From: Candidatus Binataceae bacterium
GTDB lineage: Bacteria; Desulfobacterota; Binatia; Binatales; Binataceae
Length of the DNA: 64,000 bases
Direction of reading: 5' to 3'
NCBI GenBank assembly: GCA_041491005.1
Contig: JBGPUE010000002.1
Coordinates: 17,218 to 81,217 of the forward strand
Shown here piece after piece: positions 39,792-49,631 of this stretch. The notes under the pieces were generated by a model. The model made no database searches, was not told the DNA's origin, and worked only from the letters and a program-made list of their open reading frames with translations. Both the position numbers and the translations under genes were made by a program. Position 1 is the stretch's first letter. The number at the start of each line of letters is the position of its first letter.

Positions 39792-40541
39792 CTACATTAG
39801 GATGAAACCCATCCGGGTGAAAACGGCGCGCGCCTTTGCACCGCCAAGATAGTCAACGAAGCTCCGCGCGGCCGGCTTTTTGGAACGGATCAGGCGGGCG
39901 ACTGGATAGGTGATGGGTGGTCCATCTATGACCGCGTATACAACTTGGACTCTCGGTGAGCTCGTGGCATCGGTCTTGTAAACGAAGCCGGCCTCCGCCG
40001 CGCCGGTCTCGACCGCCGCCATAGCAGCGCGAACGTCTAGAGTTGGGATGATTTTGGGTTCTAGCCGCTTCCACAGCCCGATCGATTCAAGCCACTTGCG
40101 CGCGTAGACGCCGACCGGCACCGATTTCGGATCGCCGGTGACAATCGCGCTGAAGTTCTCAAGGTCGGCAGGCGCTGCAACCTTCGCCTTGGAGTCTGCT
40201 GGAACGATCACCACCAGCTGGTTCGAAAGCAGATTGCGCACGTCCTTTTTGTAAACCAGGCCAGCGTTTTCGAGCTGTTCCATCTTCGCGAGATCGGCCG
40301 CGAAGAAGATGTCGGCGGGTGCGCCCTCGATGATCTGCCGGGCCAGCATGCTGGACGCCCCGAACGAGCAAGTCACATCATTGCCGCTGTCCTTATGAAA
40401 CTCCTGCCCGATCTCCCTGAGCGCATCGGTCAGGCTGGCGGCGGCGAACACCAGGATCTCATCGGCGCGCGCCGCGATCGGAACCATCGCGACGTAAGCG
40501 ATCACGATCAGCGAAAACAGGGTTCTTCGGGCGACAGGCAT
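39792..40541 (-). CDS. modA: Molybdate ABC transporter substrate-binding protein
   Basis: Signal peptide MPVARRTLFSLIVIAYVAMVPIAARA, then a ModA fold (ILVFAAASLTDALREIGQEF...VTGDPKSVPVGVYARKWLE). Start moved to the Met before the signal peptide. Confidence 0.85.
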   Translation of the reverse strand: MPVARRTLFSLIVIAYVAMVPIAARADEILVFAAASLTDALREIGQEFHKDSGNDVTCSFGASSMLARQIIEGAPADIFFAADLAKMEQLENAGLVYKKDVRNLLSNQLVVIVPADSKAKVAAPADLENFSAIVTGDPKSVPVGVYARKWLESIGLWKRLEPKIIPTLDVRAAMAAVETGAAEAGFVYKTDATSSPRVQVVYAVIDGPPITYPVARLIRSKKPAARSFVDYLGGAKARAVFTRMGFILM

Positions 40542-40549
40542 GGCGGCAA

Positions 40550-41431
40550 TCAGAAGGGAAGCCGTACCGACAGGACCCAGTTGTGATCGTACGAGCGATG
40601 CTCGCTGACGGCGGCCTGCAAACCTGCGCCGACGGTGAGTCCGAGCGTCTTCCATAGCGGAAGCCGCCCGATCACGAGGCCGGGCGTAACGAACAGCTGA
40701 TGCTGGGCGATGCGCTCGCCATTGGGCCAGTAGGTGTAATTGAACTCGACCTCCGGCCAGAACTTGCGCAGCACACGATATTGCAAGGCGGTGTTCCACG
40801 CCAGTGGCATCCCCAGCCGCGACATGCCGCCGGCTGGAAGACTCGCGCCAAGCGTGCTTTGGATGTCGAAATCGCCCCATCCTTTGCCGGCCGCAAGCGT
40901 GGGCGTGAACACGCCGTGGCGCGCGCCGAGCCTGGACGGGCCGGTTGGCGCAGTGGCGCCGATGAAGAGCGTCACGATGTAGTTGCCGCGCTCTTCGGGA
41001 GCCGCCAGCAGCCGGTATTTGACCAGAAAGGAAGTATCGCCCCAGTTGTCCAGCCCATGTGTGGCGGGAGGCGGCGAGTACCTGCTGCGCGCCACATAGG
41101 GCGGCGCGCCGAGAATGATCTCAGTGTTGGCAAACGGGATCAGCTCAAGGCGCGCGCCTCCAGAGACGTTTGTCGCGCGGCCGTGAGGCATTGCCTGCCA
41201 CTGCTCGTCATACCTGATCTCCTGTTCCATGCGCGGTGTCACCGTGACCAGCGGCGTTATCCAGTGCGGTTGTTCGGCTCTGATTCGTTCCGAACGTTCG
41301 ATCCACTCGGTGCCCGCGCCGTACAGCGCATCCAGCGGTCCGCTTTGCGCGCGGGCCGGACGCAGTGGTGTGACCAACACGACCACGATCAGGGTCAGGC
41401 AGCCGGCCGGCTGAACGGGACGATTTTTCAC
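40550..41431 (-). CDS. Outer-membrane beta-barrel channel, first gene of the mod operon (putative oxyanion porin)
   Basis: Signal peptide, alternating amphipathic beta-strand pattern, and a C-terminal aromatic (..VRLPF). Position upstream of modABC suggests a molybdate/tungstate OM channel. Confidence 0.55.
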   Translation of the reverse strand: MKNRPVQPAGCLTLIVVVLVTPLRPARAQSGPLDALYGAGTEWIERSERIRAEQPHWITPLVTVTPRMEQEIRYDEQWQAMPHGRATNVSGGARLELIPFANTEIILGAPPYVARSRYSPPPATHGLDNWGDTSFLVKYRLLAAPEERGNYIVTLFIGATAPTGPSRLGARHGVFTPTLAAGKGWGDFDIQSTLGASLPAGGMSRLGMPLAWNTALQYRVLRKFWPEVEFNYTYWPNGERIAQHQLFVTPGLVIGRLPLWKTLGLTVGAGLQAAVSEHRSYDHNWVLSVRLPF

Positions 41432-41462
41432 GGCGCGCGTAACATGCCACTATATCCGACAG

Positions 41463-42572
41463 ATGACAAGTATAGTTAACAACCTTAGACGGTTGCGGAT
41501 CGCGCGCGGGCTGGGACAGAGCGAGCTGGCGCGCCGCGCTGGCATCTCGCGCCAGGCGCTCAGCGCGATCGAGGGCGGGACTTATCAGCCTGGTGTGGCG
41601 ACCGCGTTGCGCATCGCGCGAGCGCTCGGTCAGAGCGTGGAGAGCCTGTTCGGTGAAGACCAACCCGTTGAGATCGTCGCGCGATGGCACGGCGTAGCCG
41701 CGTCCGCCCGCTCGAGCAGGGTCGCGCTGGCCCGAGTGGGCGGACGGCTCGTCGCGCTGCCGCGTTCTCCAGCGGCGCTGAGCCTTGCACCCGCGGCAGG
41801 GGTCTTGAAGCGGGTGCGGCCGGGCGGCCGAGCCGAAATCGCGGCCTATCGCACATCCCAGGAGATTGACTCGACCCTGATCGTCGCCGGATGCGACCCG
41901 GCGGTGGCGTTGCTGGCCGATCATATGGCGCGCCACTCCCCGACACTCGAAGTTGTGGCGGTCGGGCGCAGCAGCCGCGCGGCATTGCGGCTGCTGGCCG
42001 AACGCGGCGCGCATGTCGCCGGAGTTCATCTTCGCGACCCGCGTACCGGCGAGTACAATCTGGCCGCCGCGCGCGAAGCGCTGCGAGGTCATCGCGTGAC
42101 GATAGTGAGCTTCGCGCGATGGGAACTCGGACTTGCGACGCGCCACGGAATCCGATCGCCGCTCCGCGAGGTTGCCGATCTTGCCCGCCCGGGCGTCACT
42201 GTCATCAATCGTGAGCAGGGTTCGGGCGCGAGGCTGGTCCTCGATGAGGCGTTGGCTGTGGCAGGTATCAGTCCAACCCGACTCAAGGGCTACTCGCAGC
42301 TTGCCGCCGGGCATCTGGAGGTCGCAAGCGCTATCGCCAACGGACTGGCCGATGCTGGCGTGACGATCCGCGTCGCAGCGGATGCTTACGGCCTGGATTT
42401 CGCGGTGTGGCGCGAAGAGCGCTACGACCTGGTGGTCGGCCGCCGTGAAATGAACTCGCGGCCGGTGCTAGCGATGCTCGAAGCGCTCGGTTCGGGGCAG
42501 TTCGCGCGCGAGATCGCCGATCTGTGCGCGTACGATACCGGCGAGATGGGCAAGATCGCGGCGCGCCTATAG
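41463..42572 (+). CDS. XRE-family HTH regulator fused to a PBP_like (ModA-related) ligand-binding domain; putative molybdate/tungstate-responsive regulator
   Basis: N-terminal HTH_XRE (LRRLRIARGLGQSELARRAGISRQALSAIEGG) and a ~250-aa C-terminal PBP-superfamily domain. Divergently transcribed from the mod operon. Confidence 0.6.
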   Translation: MTSIVNNLRRLRIARGLGQSELARRAGISRQALSAIEGGTYQPGVATALRIARALGQSVESLFGEDQPVEIVARWHGVAASARSSRVALARVGGRLVALPRSPAALSLAPAAGVLKRVRPGGRAEIAAYRTSQEIDSTLIVAGCDPAVALLADHMARHSPTLEVVAVGRSSRAALRLLAERGAHVAGVHLRDPRTGEYNLAAAREALRGHRVTIVSFARWELGLATRHGIRSPLREVADLARPGVTVINREQGSGARLVLDEALAVAGISPTRLKGYSQLAAGHLEVASAIANGLADAGVTIRVAADAYGLDFAVWREERYDLVVGRREMNSRPVLAMLEALGSGQFAREIADLCAYDTGEMGKIAARL

Positions 42573-42586
42573 GAACGTGGGCGCAA

Positions 42587-43342
42587 TCAGAGGATGGATT
42601 CGAGGAACTCGGCCGAACGCAGGCGGCGATCGATTACACCCGCGATGAAGCGCGCCATCGCCAGCGCGCCATCGCTGCCCGCTGCCGACAAATCGCACGC
42701 CGTGGCGAAGTCGGCGAGCCCCAGCCGCGCGAGCGAGTTGACGCTCGCGGCGGCGAGCCCGATCGCACTCGCCTGAAGTCCGGCGCGGCATCGGCGGCAT
42801 ACGATGCCGCCGCGCGCGGTGATGAATGCGATCGACGTATCTTCAGGGCCCGGCAGCGCCGCGCATACGCGGCACCGCGCGAACTCCAGCCCGAATCCCG
42901 CCCATTGCAGCAGCTTGAGCTCGAAAGCCTGCCGCAATGATGCGCCTGCGCCGCGGCGCGCCAGCGTGCACATCGCATCGCATAGCAGCTGATACGCGCC
43001 CGATGCCTCCGCCTCTTCACGCGTGAGCGCATCGGTCAGCTCGGCCATGTAGCAGGCCAGCGCGATCTTGCCGAGATCGTCATCGAGATTGTGCGGCGGG
43101 AGTCCGCCGGCCTCCGCGCGCGTAATGAAAACCAGCTCCCCATGCGGCCTGCGCCGGAAATAGAGCATCACATGCGAAAACGGCTCGAGCTTGCGCTCGA
43201 AGCGCCGGCGCGAGGCCTTGGCCCCTTTGGCGATGCCGCTGAGCTTGCCGGCATCGCGGGTGAGCAGGCTGACGATGCGGTCGGCTTCCGAATAATCGCG
43301 CGCGCGCAGTACGATCGCGGGCGTGACTTCCTCGACCGGCAT
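42587..43342 (-). CDS. recO: DNA repair protein RecO
   Basis: OB-fold N-terminus (AIVLRARDYSEADRIVSLLTRDAGKLSGIAKGAK) and a C4 zinc motif (CRVC...CRRC). Confidence 0.85.
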   Translation of the reverse strand: MPVEEVTPAIVLRARDYSEADRIVSLLTRDAGKLSGIAKGAKASRRRFERKLEPFSHVMLYFRRRPHGELVFITRAEAGGLPPHNLDDDLGKIALACYMAELTDALTREEAEASGAYQLLCDAMCTLARRGAGASLRQAFELKLLQWAGFGLEFARCRVCAALPGPEDTSIAFITARGGIVCRRCRAGLQASAIGLAAASVNSLARLGLADFATACDLSAAGSDGALAMARFIAGVIDRRLRSAEFLESIL

Positions 43343-43354
43343 CGCGGATGCTCG

Positions 43355-44476
43355 CTACATCCGGCGCAGCATCGATTGCTGGATGCCGCGCACTTGCGAG
43401 CGCATCGCCTCGACGCCCGCGACGTTGCGCCCGCCGCCGGCCGCTTCGCGCATCAGGTTGTCGAACTTGGCCAGGATATTGGCGATCTTGGTATGCGCCT
43501 CGATCAGCGCGCGATTGCGCAGGTCGTCGCTCTCCCACTGCCGGGCGGCATACTCCTGCAGTTCCTGAGTCTGGATGAGCAGCTCGCGCGCCTCCTCCTC
43601 GTAGCCTTTGACCAGGCGCTGGATGGTATCGCGGACCTTGGGCCGTTCCTCGGGATCCTTCCACAGCGCGTGTTCGAGAAATGGCAAGTCATCCTCGGCC
43701 GCCTGCGTACGGCCCAGCAGCAGCGCATGTGCGCGGAGCAGATCGAGTGAATTGCGCCAGCGCCGATCCGAAGCGATGATCTGCTGGCGCGCGAGTTCCC
43801 GACGAAGATCGGCGATCGCGCGAAGGATCGGCCCGGGAATCGCAACCTTCATCATGGCGGCCTGCAATTCCTTCAGCTCGGCGAAGCCCAGCCGCGTACG
43901 CTCGCGCGCCGGCGCGGCTTCGAGCATCTTGAGGAAGCGAAATTCCTCCGCGATGTAGTCGACGACGTAACGCAGCATGAAACGGTCGTAGAGCGCGGTC
44001 AGTTCCTCCTCATCGGGCAGCTCGTTGGATGCGCCGAACATCGTGATCAGCGGAACGATGATTCGCTCGCGGCCATTATGGAACAGGCGTTCGTTGATAA
44101 CCGTCAGCAGCGCGTTGAGGATCGATGAGTTGGCCTTGAAGATCTCGTCGAGGAAGGCGATGTGCGCCTCGGGCAGCTTGTGCGAGGTCACGCGGCGATA
44201 GTCGTCGGCCTCCAGCGCCTTGAGGCTCACCGCGCCGAAGATTTCCTCGGGCGTCGAGAACTTGGTCAGCAGCCACTGGAAGTAGTTTGCGCCCTCGATG
44301 CGCTGGCACAGTTCTTCGGCGAGCATCGATTTGGCGGTGCCAGGCGGACCGATAATCAGGATGTGGCTGGAGGAGAGCAGGGCGCATAGCGCGCCATCGA
44401 TTAGATCGGCGCGTTCGAGGAAGAGCTGGTTCAGCTCATCGCGAATCTTGAGCAGTCTGGCTTGTGCGTCGGACAT
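43355..44476 (-). CDS. MoxR-like AAA+ ATPase (AAA_5 type), no vWA partner in view
   Basis: Walker A (IIGPPGTAKS), Walker B/sensor region (IAFLDEIFKANSSILNALLTVINER) and a long helical C-terminal extension. Confidence 0.65.
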   Translation of the reverse strand: MSDAQARLLKIRDELNQLFLERADLIDGALCALLSSSHILIIGPPGTAKSMLAEELCQRIEGANYFQWLLTKFSTPEEIFGAVSLKALEADDYRRVTSHKLPEAHIAFLDEIFKANSSILNALLTVINERLFHNGRERIIVPLITMFGASNELPDEEELTALYDRFMLRYVVDYIAEEFRFLKMLEAAPARERTRLGFAELKELQAAMMKVAIPGPILRAIADLRRELARQQIIASDRRWRNSLDLLRAHALLLGRTQAAEDDLPFLEHALWKDPEERPKVRDTIQRLVKGYEEEARELLIQTQELQEYAARQWESDDLRNRALIEAHTKIANILAKFDNLMREAAGGGRNVAGVEAMRSQVRGIQQSMLRRM

Positions 44477-44660
44477 TCCCAATCCGCGGGCGGCGGCGCT
44501 CCGCAATCGAGCCAGAAGCTATCAGAGCGCGGCGCGCCGCTTAAGGCCGTGCTATCATGCCGCCTTGCCGGGACGCATCGCCGGCGCTACTAAGAGAGGC
44601 GGGTCGCCGTGCAGGAATGGAGCCTGCGCGTGCCGGGCCATACAGCTCGCGGAGGCAGCG

Positions 44661-45857
44661 ATGGAAAAAGCATTGGCGGGCGTCAAGATTCTCGATCTCA
44701 CCCAGTTCGAAGCCGGCACTTCGTGCACCGAGATGCTGGCATGGCTAGGCGCCGACGTGATCAAGCTCGAAACGCCGGGCTCGGGCGATCAGGGCCGCGG
44801 ATTGCTCGGTGAGAAGGGCGTCGACTCGCACTACTTCATGCTGCTCAACGCCAACAAACGCAGCATCACGCTCAACCTCAAGAGCGAGCGTGGCAAGCAG
44901 ATCTTCATTGAGCTGGTGAAGAAGGTCGATATCCTGAGCGAGAACTTCTCGCTGGGTACGATGGAGAGCTTCGGGCTGGGCTACGATTACCTTCGGACCA
45001 TCAACCCACGCCTGATCTACTTGACGATCAAGGGCTTCGGAACATGGGGCCCATACAGCAAGTACAAGAGCTTCGACATGATTGCGCAGGCCGCCGGCGG
45101 CGCGATGACGATCACGGGCTTTCCGGGTTCGCCGCCGCTCAAGCCGGGCCCGACCATCGGCGATACCGGCACCGGCATCCATGCCGCAACCGGCGTGCTG
45201 GCCGCATACATCCAGCGCGAGCGCACCGGCAAAGGGCAGAAGGTCGAAGTCGCGATGCAGGAGGCGGTGCTGAACTTCGTACGCGTGCCGATGATGGGCA
45301 CTTACCTCACGAACAAGCCGGTCGTGCGCAATGGCAACCGGCTGGCCGGTGCCGCGCCCGCGGACATCTACAAGTGCGCGCCCGGCGGCGACAACGATTA
45401 CATCTATATCCTGTGCACCACGCGCGCGATGTGGGAGGCGTTGTGCAGCTCGCTCGGTCGCCCCGAACTCGCGACCGACGACCGCTTCAAGGATCAGCGC
45501 GCACGCAACCAGAATGCCGAAGCGCTCGCCACGATCATCAGCGATTGGACCGCAACGCGCAGCAAGCATGAAGCGATGAAGATCCTGGGCGAGGCGGGCG
45601 TGCCATGCGGCAAAGTGCTCGACACGGTGGAGCTGCTGAATGACCCGCATCTGCGCGAGCGCGGCATGATCGTCACCGTCAAGCATCCGGTCCGCGGCGA
45701 CTTCACGATGCCGGGATGCCCGGTGCGGCTGGACGATTCGCCAGTGAACGTGACCGCCGCGCCGCTGCTCGGCCAGCACAACGCGGAAGTGTACGGCGAG
45801 TATCTCGGGATGACGGTGGCGGACGTGGAGGGGTTGCGTGCGGATGGCGTGGTCTGA
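44661..45857 (+). CDS. CoA-transferase family III (CaiB/BaiF; formyl-CoA-transferase-like)
   Basis: MEKALAGVKILDLTQFEAGTSCTEMLAWLGADVIKLE is the typical family-III N-terminus. Start set at this Met with an upstream SD (ggaggcagcg). Confidence 0.8.
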   Translation: MEKALAGVKILDLTQFEAGTSCTEMLAWLGADVIKLETPGSGDQGRGLLGEKGVDSHYFMLLNANKRSITLNLKSERGKQIFIELVKKVDILSENFSLGTMESFGLGYDYLRTINPRLIYLTIKGFGTWGPYSKYKSFDMIAQAAGGAMTITGFPGSPPLKPGPTIGDTGTGIHAATGVLAAYIQRERTGKGQKVEVAMQEAVLNFVRVPMMGTYLTNKPVVRNGNRLAGAAPADIYKCAPGGDNDYIYILCTTRAMWEALCSSLGRPELATDDRFKDQRARNQNAEALATIISDWTATRSKHEAMKILGEAGVPCGKVLDTVELLNDPHLRERGMIVTVKHPVRGDFTMPGCPVRLDDSPVNVTAAPLLGQHNAEVYGEYLGMTVADVEGLRADGVV

Positions 45858-45918
45858 TTGAGACCGCGCCAACGGACACGTCGCGCATCCCGACGTACGC
45901 GAGACTAGCCAATCCAGC

Positions 45919-47499
45919 GTGAGTACCGGTGATCCGTTTGATGCGATCGAGTCGCTCAGGGGTCGCGCCCAAGAGCTGCTAAGCGGCTTCGCTCGTACCC
46001 ATCGCGGCGTTGCATACGCCGACCTGCGTATCGAAGCGGTCTTCGCGCGTTCGAGCGCGGCCGAGAATGGCGCGCCGCGGTCGAGCTCCGAGAGCGAGAC
46101 GCTCGCATTTGGCGTGACCGTGCATGCCGGGGGTAGCGGCGGAGTCATCGGACATGGGCAATGGGGCGGCGAGCTGGGACGGCCGGCGCTGCGCGGATCG
46201 CGGCCCGAGGCCGCGATCCGCGCAGCGCTGCAGAGCGCCTGGCGGCGCGCGCGCCTCAGCGCGCGCGAAAAGGCCGCGTTGATCCGCGATGCAGGCCAGG
46301 CGAGCATCGCGAGCCTGATACGCGCGGAAGTGCCGCCACGAGCGGCCATCCGCGATGATGTCGCGCCCGTGTTCGCCGGCGATCCGCGCGCAATCGATCC
46401 GCGGGAGTTGGAGCGGCTGAGCGTCGATGCCTCTGCGCAAGTTTCGGCGCTCGGAGCTGAGATCGCGTTCAACTTCGTCGGTGCGCTCAGCGAAATCCGC
46501 CGCGAGCTATTCGTCAACACTGAGGGCGCGTCGATCTCGCAGGGCTTCGCGTTCTCGCAGGGCGACTGTTACGTCGTCGCCGAGACTGCGCACGGCCATC
46601 AGGAAAGCTACGACACGATCGGCCAGCAGCGCGGCCCGGAATGCCTCGCCGAGGGATGGCGCGGCGAGCTGATGCCAAATCCCGACCTGGCCGGCTTCGC
46701 TGTGGCGCTCGGGATCGAGGCGCGCGAACTGGCTGCCGCGCCCGCGCTCAAACCGCCTGCGGGCGAGGTGACGGTGGTCACCGATCCGCATTTCAATGCG
46801 CTATTGGCTCACGAGATCATCGGCCATCCGTGCGAAGCGGATCGAGCGCTCAAGATGGAAGCGGCATACGCTGGCCGGAGCTGGTTGCTGCGTTCAATTG
46901 CCAAAAACGAGCTCGGCCACCGGGTCGGATCACCGCTGTTGTCGGCGTGTTCAGACCCGTCGCTCGAAGGCTACGGATTCTACCGCTACGACCATGAAGG
47001 CACGCCCGGCGCGCGTGTGATGCACATCGAGGGCGGCGTGTTCCGCGGCTTCCTCAACTCGCGCGCGACAGCCGCGGCGCTCGGCGTGGCGCCCAATGGC
47101 GCCGCGCGCGCCAGCGAAGCCCGCTACATGCCGCTGATCCGAATGTCGAACACCTTCTTCATGCCGGGCGAGAGCGATCCCGCTCGCATCATCGCCGACG
47201 TCGAGCGCGGCTACTATGTGTGTGGGCACAGTGTCCCGTCGATTGCCGAATCGCGCGAGAACTTTCGCATCTCGGCGCGGCGTATCTATGAGATCGAGCA
47301 CGGCCGGCTCGGACGCCTGTACCGTTCGGGTAGCGTGATAAGCGACAGCCGCCGCTTCTTCATGAACGTCGATGCGGTCGGTAATGACCTTCGCCTGATT
47401 GCGATCCCCAATTGCGGCAAGGGTCAGCCGATGCAGGTCAAGCGGATGTCGAACGGCGGCCCAACCATGCGCTCGCGCGCCTATCTGGGCGGCGCCTGA
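45919..47499 (+). CDS. TldD/PmbA family metallopeptidase
   Basis: 526 aa with a conserved C-terminal half of the PmbA_TldD family (HEIIGHPCEADR...GGVFRGFLNSRATAAALGV...MSNTF). Confidence 0.75.
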   Translation: MSTGDPFDAIESLRGRAQELLSGFARTHRGVAYADLRIEAVFARSSAAENGAPRSSSESETLAFGVTVHAGGSGGVIGHGQWGGELGRPALRGSRPEAAIRAALQSAWRRARLSAREKAALIRDAGQASIASLIRAEVPPRAAIRDDVAPVFAGDPRAIDPRELERLSVDASAQVSALGAEIAFNFVGALSEIRRELFVNTEGASISQGFAFSQGDCYVVAETAHGHQESYDTIGQQRGPECLAEGWRGELMPNPDLAGFAVALGIEARELAAAPALKPPAGEVTVVTDPHFNALLAHEIIGHPCEADRALKMEAAYAGRSWLLRSIAKNELGHRVGSPLLSACSDPSLEGYGFYRYDHEGTPGARVMHIEGGVFRGFLNSRATAAALGVAPNGAARASEARYMPLIRMSNTFFMPGESDPARIIADVERGYYVCGHSVPSIAESRENFRISARRIYEIEHGRLGRLYRSGSVISDSRRFFMNVDAVGNDLRLIAIPNCGKGQPMQVKRMSNGGPTMRSRAYLGGA

Positions 47500-47525
47500 A
47501 TCGATCAACCGCGAAACCAGCCGGA

Positions 47526-49106
47526 TCAGTCGTCGGCGCCGACCGCGGTGAGCGGTATCGCCTCAGCGGCGATCGCCGGCACATAGTAGGCTTCGGGCGA
47601 GCCCCACACGATCGCTGGTTCCGCCCGCGCACCGACCGCAATTGGGTGGGCAAACACCTGCTCGATGTTGCCATTGATGCGCAAGCAGTTGGGCACCAGC
47701 GGAGGCCCGATCTTTCCATTGCGGATGAGATATGAGTCGCCGCTCACCGTGCAGGTAAAATCGCCGGCCCGCTGCCCATTGATCGGGTAGGTGTACCAGA
47801 CGCGCCCGATGTAGATTCCGTCGCCCACCGCCGCGAGCATCCGTTTCAGATCCATTCCGCCGCGCGAGCGCATGAAGATGTTGGTGCCCGACGACCCCGG
47901 ATGCGCATCAAAGCGGCGCTCGCCGCCCTCGCCGATGCGGAAGCCATTGCCGGCGCCAAACGACACTGCGGCGTCGGCGCCCAACTTGTTGGCTCTATGT
48001 TCATCGGCCGCCAGCCGGCGCGAATCGTAGTGATTCGACAGCAGTCCGACCAGCCGCCCGGCGCGGATCAAATCAACCTTCGCTGCTGGCAGGCCCTCGC
48101 AACTGATCCGCCGTCGCACCGAGCCTCCGCTTGCGCAAGGATCGTCAGCGAGACTCAGCCGCTCGTCCATCACGGGCTGGCCGAAACGGCCATGATAGGC
48201 GGAGCTGGCAGTGTAAAACGCGCCGGTGGTGAGGCTCGGCACGATCATATAGTTCAGTATTTCCGCGATCGGCTGCGGGCCGAGGATCACGCGCCAGGTC
48301 CCCGATGGTGCACGCTCGCCACCGCTCAGCGCGAAGGCCCGCCGCATCGCATCCGCGCCCAATCGCGGGACCAGCCGCGCAATCGCAGCCCGCGAGCCAC
48401 CGAGCGCCGATGCGGTGGCCTTGGCTTCCAGAGCCTCGATCAGCACAGCCACCGAGGCGCGGAAGTGCGCGCTTTGATCCGCGCGTACAGCCGCGAAACG
48501 CGAGCCGCCGACCGCGATGCGATCGCGTATCAGCGTCAAGTCTCCGCCGATGATCAGTCCGCGAGGTTCGTCCTTGGGCGCGTTGCGGAACGCCTTTGCC
48601 GATCCGCACCTGAAGCTGGAGAGCGCGCCGCGGATGATCGACCATGCGCCCTGCACCAGCACGCCATCGCGCATCGCGATCAGATCATTCGCTTCTATTG
48701 GGCCGGGCTTCGGCTCGCGCGGTATGGCGGGAAGTCCGGAGAAGTCTGGATCGACGACCGATGCATTGCGGGCACGCTCAAGGCATCGGCGCAGCGCATC
48801 GAGCGAGGGTTCGCCGGGCTCAAATGCCGCACCGCTCTCATGCGGATTACGCTTCATCGCGATGCGCAGCGCGATTCCATCGCCTGCGAGCGACTTGAGC
48901 TCTTCGACGCCACGGCAGGGGATATCAGAGGTGTAGTTGAGCCGCGCCACGATCTGCTCGCTGCTCGAACAGTAGATCTCAAAGTCGCCGAGGTCGCGCT
49001 CGCGCCTGAGCGCGCCGGTCGCGACGCGCACGAAGGTGGACAGTTCACTCAGCCTGAGCATCCGGGATGGCGCGTCAGCGAGGCGCGGCGGCGAATGATC
49101 GGTCAT
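47526..49106 (-). CDS. TldD/PmbA family metallopeptidase (second, convergent copy)
   Basis: C-terminal PmbA_TldD region (GGDSYLIRNGKIGPPLVPNCLRINGNIEQVF). Start uncertain; MTDHSPPRL Met chosen. Confidence 0.65.
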   Translation of the reverse strand: MTDHSPPRLADAPSRMLRLSELSTFVRVATGALRRERDLGDFEIYCSSSEQIVARLNYTSDIPCRGVEELKSLAGDGIALRIAMKRNPHESGAAFEPGEPSLDALRRCLERARNASVVDPDFSGLPAIPREPKPGPIEANDLIAMRDGVLVQGAWSIIRGALSSFRCGSAKAFRNAPKDEPRGLIIGGDLTLIRDRIAVGGSRFAAVRADQSAHFRASVAVLIEALEAKATASALGGSRAAIARLVPRLGADAMRRAFALSGGERAPSGTWRVILGPQPIAEILNYMIVPSLTTGAFYTASSAYHGRFGQPVMDERLSLADDPCASGGSVRRRISCEGLPAAKVDLIRAGRLVGLLSNHYDSRRLAADEHRANKLGADAAVSFGAGNGFRIGEGGERRFDAHPGSSGTNIFMRSRGGMDLKRMLAAVGDGIYIGRVWYTYPINGQRAGDFTCTVSGDSYLIRNGKIGPPLVPNCLRINGNIEQVFAHPIAVGARAEPAIVWGSPEAYYVPAIAAEAIPLTAVGADD

Positions 49107-49620
49107 TCGCCGCCAGCAGTGGTAGCTGAGCGCCCTCATGAGCGAGCAGCCAGCGCTTGCGCTCGATCCCGCCGCCATAACCGACGAGCTTGCCGTTGGC
49201 GCCAATCACGCGATGACATGGGATTACGATCCCTACCGGATTAGCGCCGTTGGCGGCGCCGACCGCGCGCACGGCGGCGGGTGCGCCTATCCTGCGCGCC
49301 AGCTCGCCGTACGAGATCACCGCGCCGACGGGAATCGCGCGCAGTTCGTTCCATACCGCGCGCTGAAACGGCGAGCCGCCGGTATCGGCCGCGATTCCCT
49401 TGAGCGCGTCGAGCTCGCCTGCGAAGTAGGCGGCCAACCGGGTCGCGGCGTTCGCCGGATCTTGCGCGGGGCGGAATTCGATTGCGCCGAAGCGGCGCGT
49501 CAGATGCGCGCATGTGCGCTCATTGAGATCGCCGAAATCGAGCGCGCATAGCGCTCCCTCGAATGCGGCGACCGTGATCATGCCGATCGGCGATGAAATC
49601 GATGCGAGTTCGAGAATCAT
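49075..49620 (-). CDS. ogt: Methylated-DNA-protein-cysteine methyltransferase
   Basis: PCHRV active-site motif (IVIPCHRVIGANGKLVGYGGG) and an N-terminal Ada-N-like domain. Confidence 0.85.
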   Translation of the reverse strand: MILELASISSPIGMITVAAFEGALCALDFGDLNERTCAHLTRRFGAIEFRPAQDPANAATRLAAYFAGELDALKGIAADTGGSPFQRAVWNELRAIPVGAVISYGELARRIGAPAAVRAVGAANGANPVGIVIPCHRVIGANGKLVGYGGGIERKRWLLAHEGAQLPLLAANDRSFAAAPR

Positions 49621-49631
49621 GCGTGCCGCGC

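Noticed and set aside
44298-44660. Upstream extension of the CoA-transferase ORF to 44298
   Set aside because: The extension overlaps the MoxR-like gene on the other strand and has no family similarity. The canonical family-III N-terminus begins at the Met at 44661, which has its own SD.
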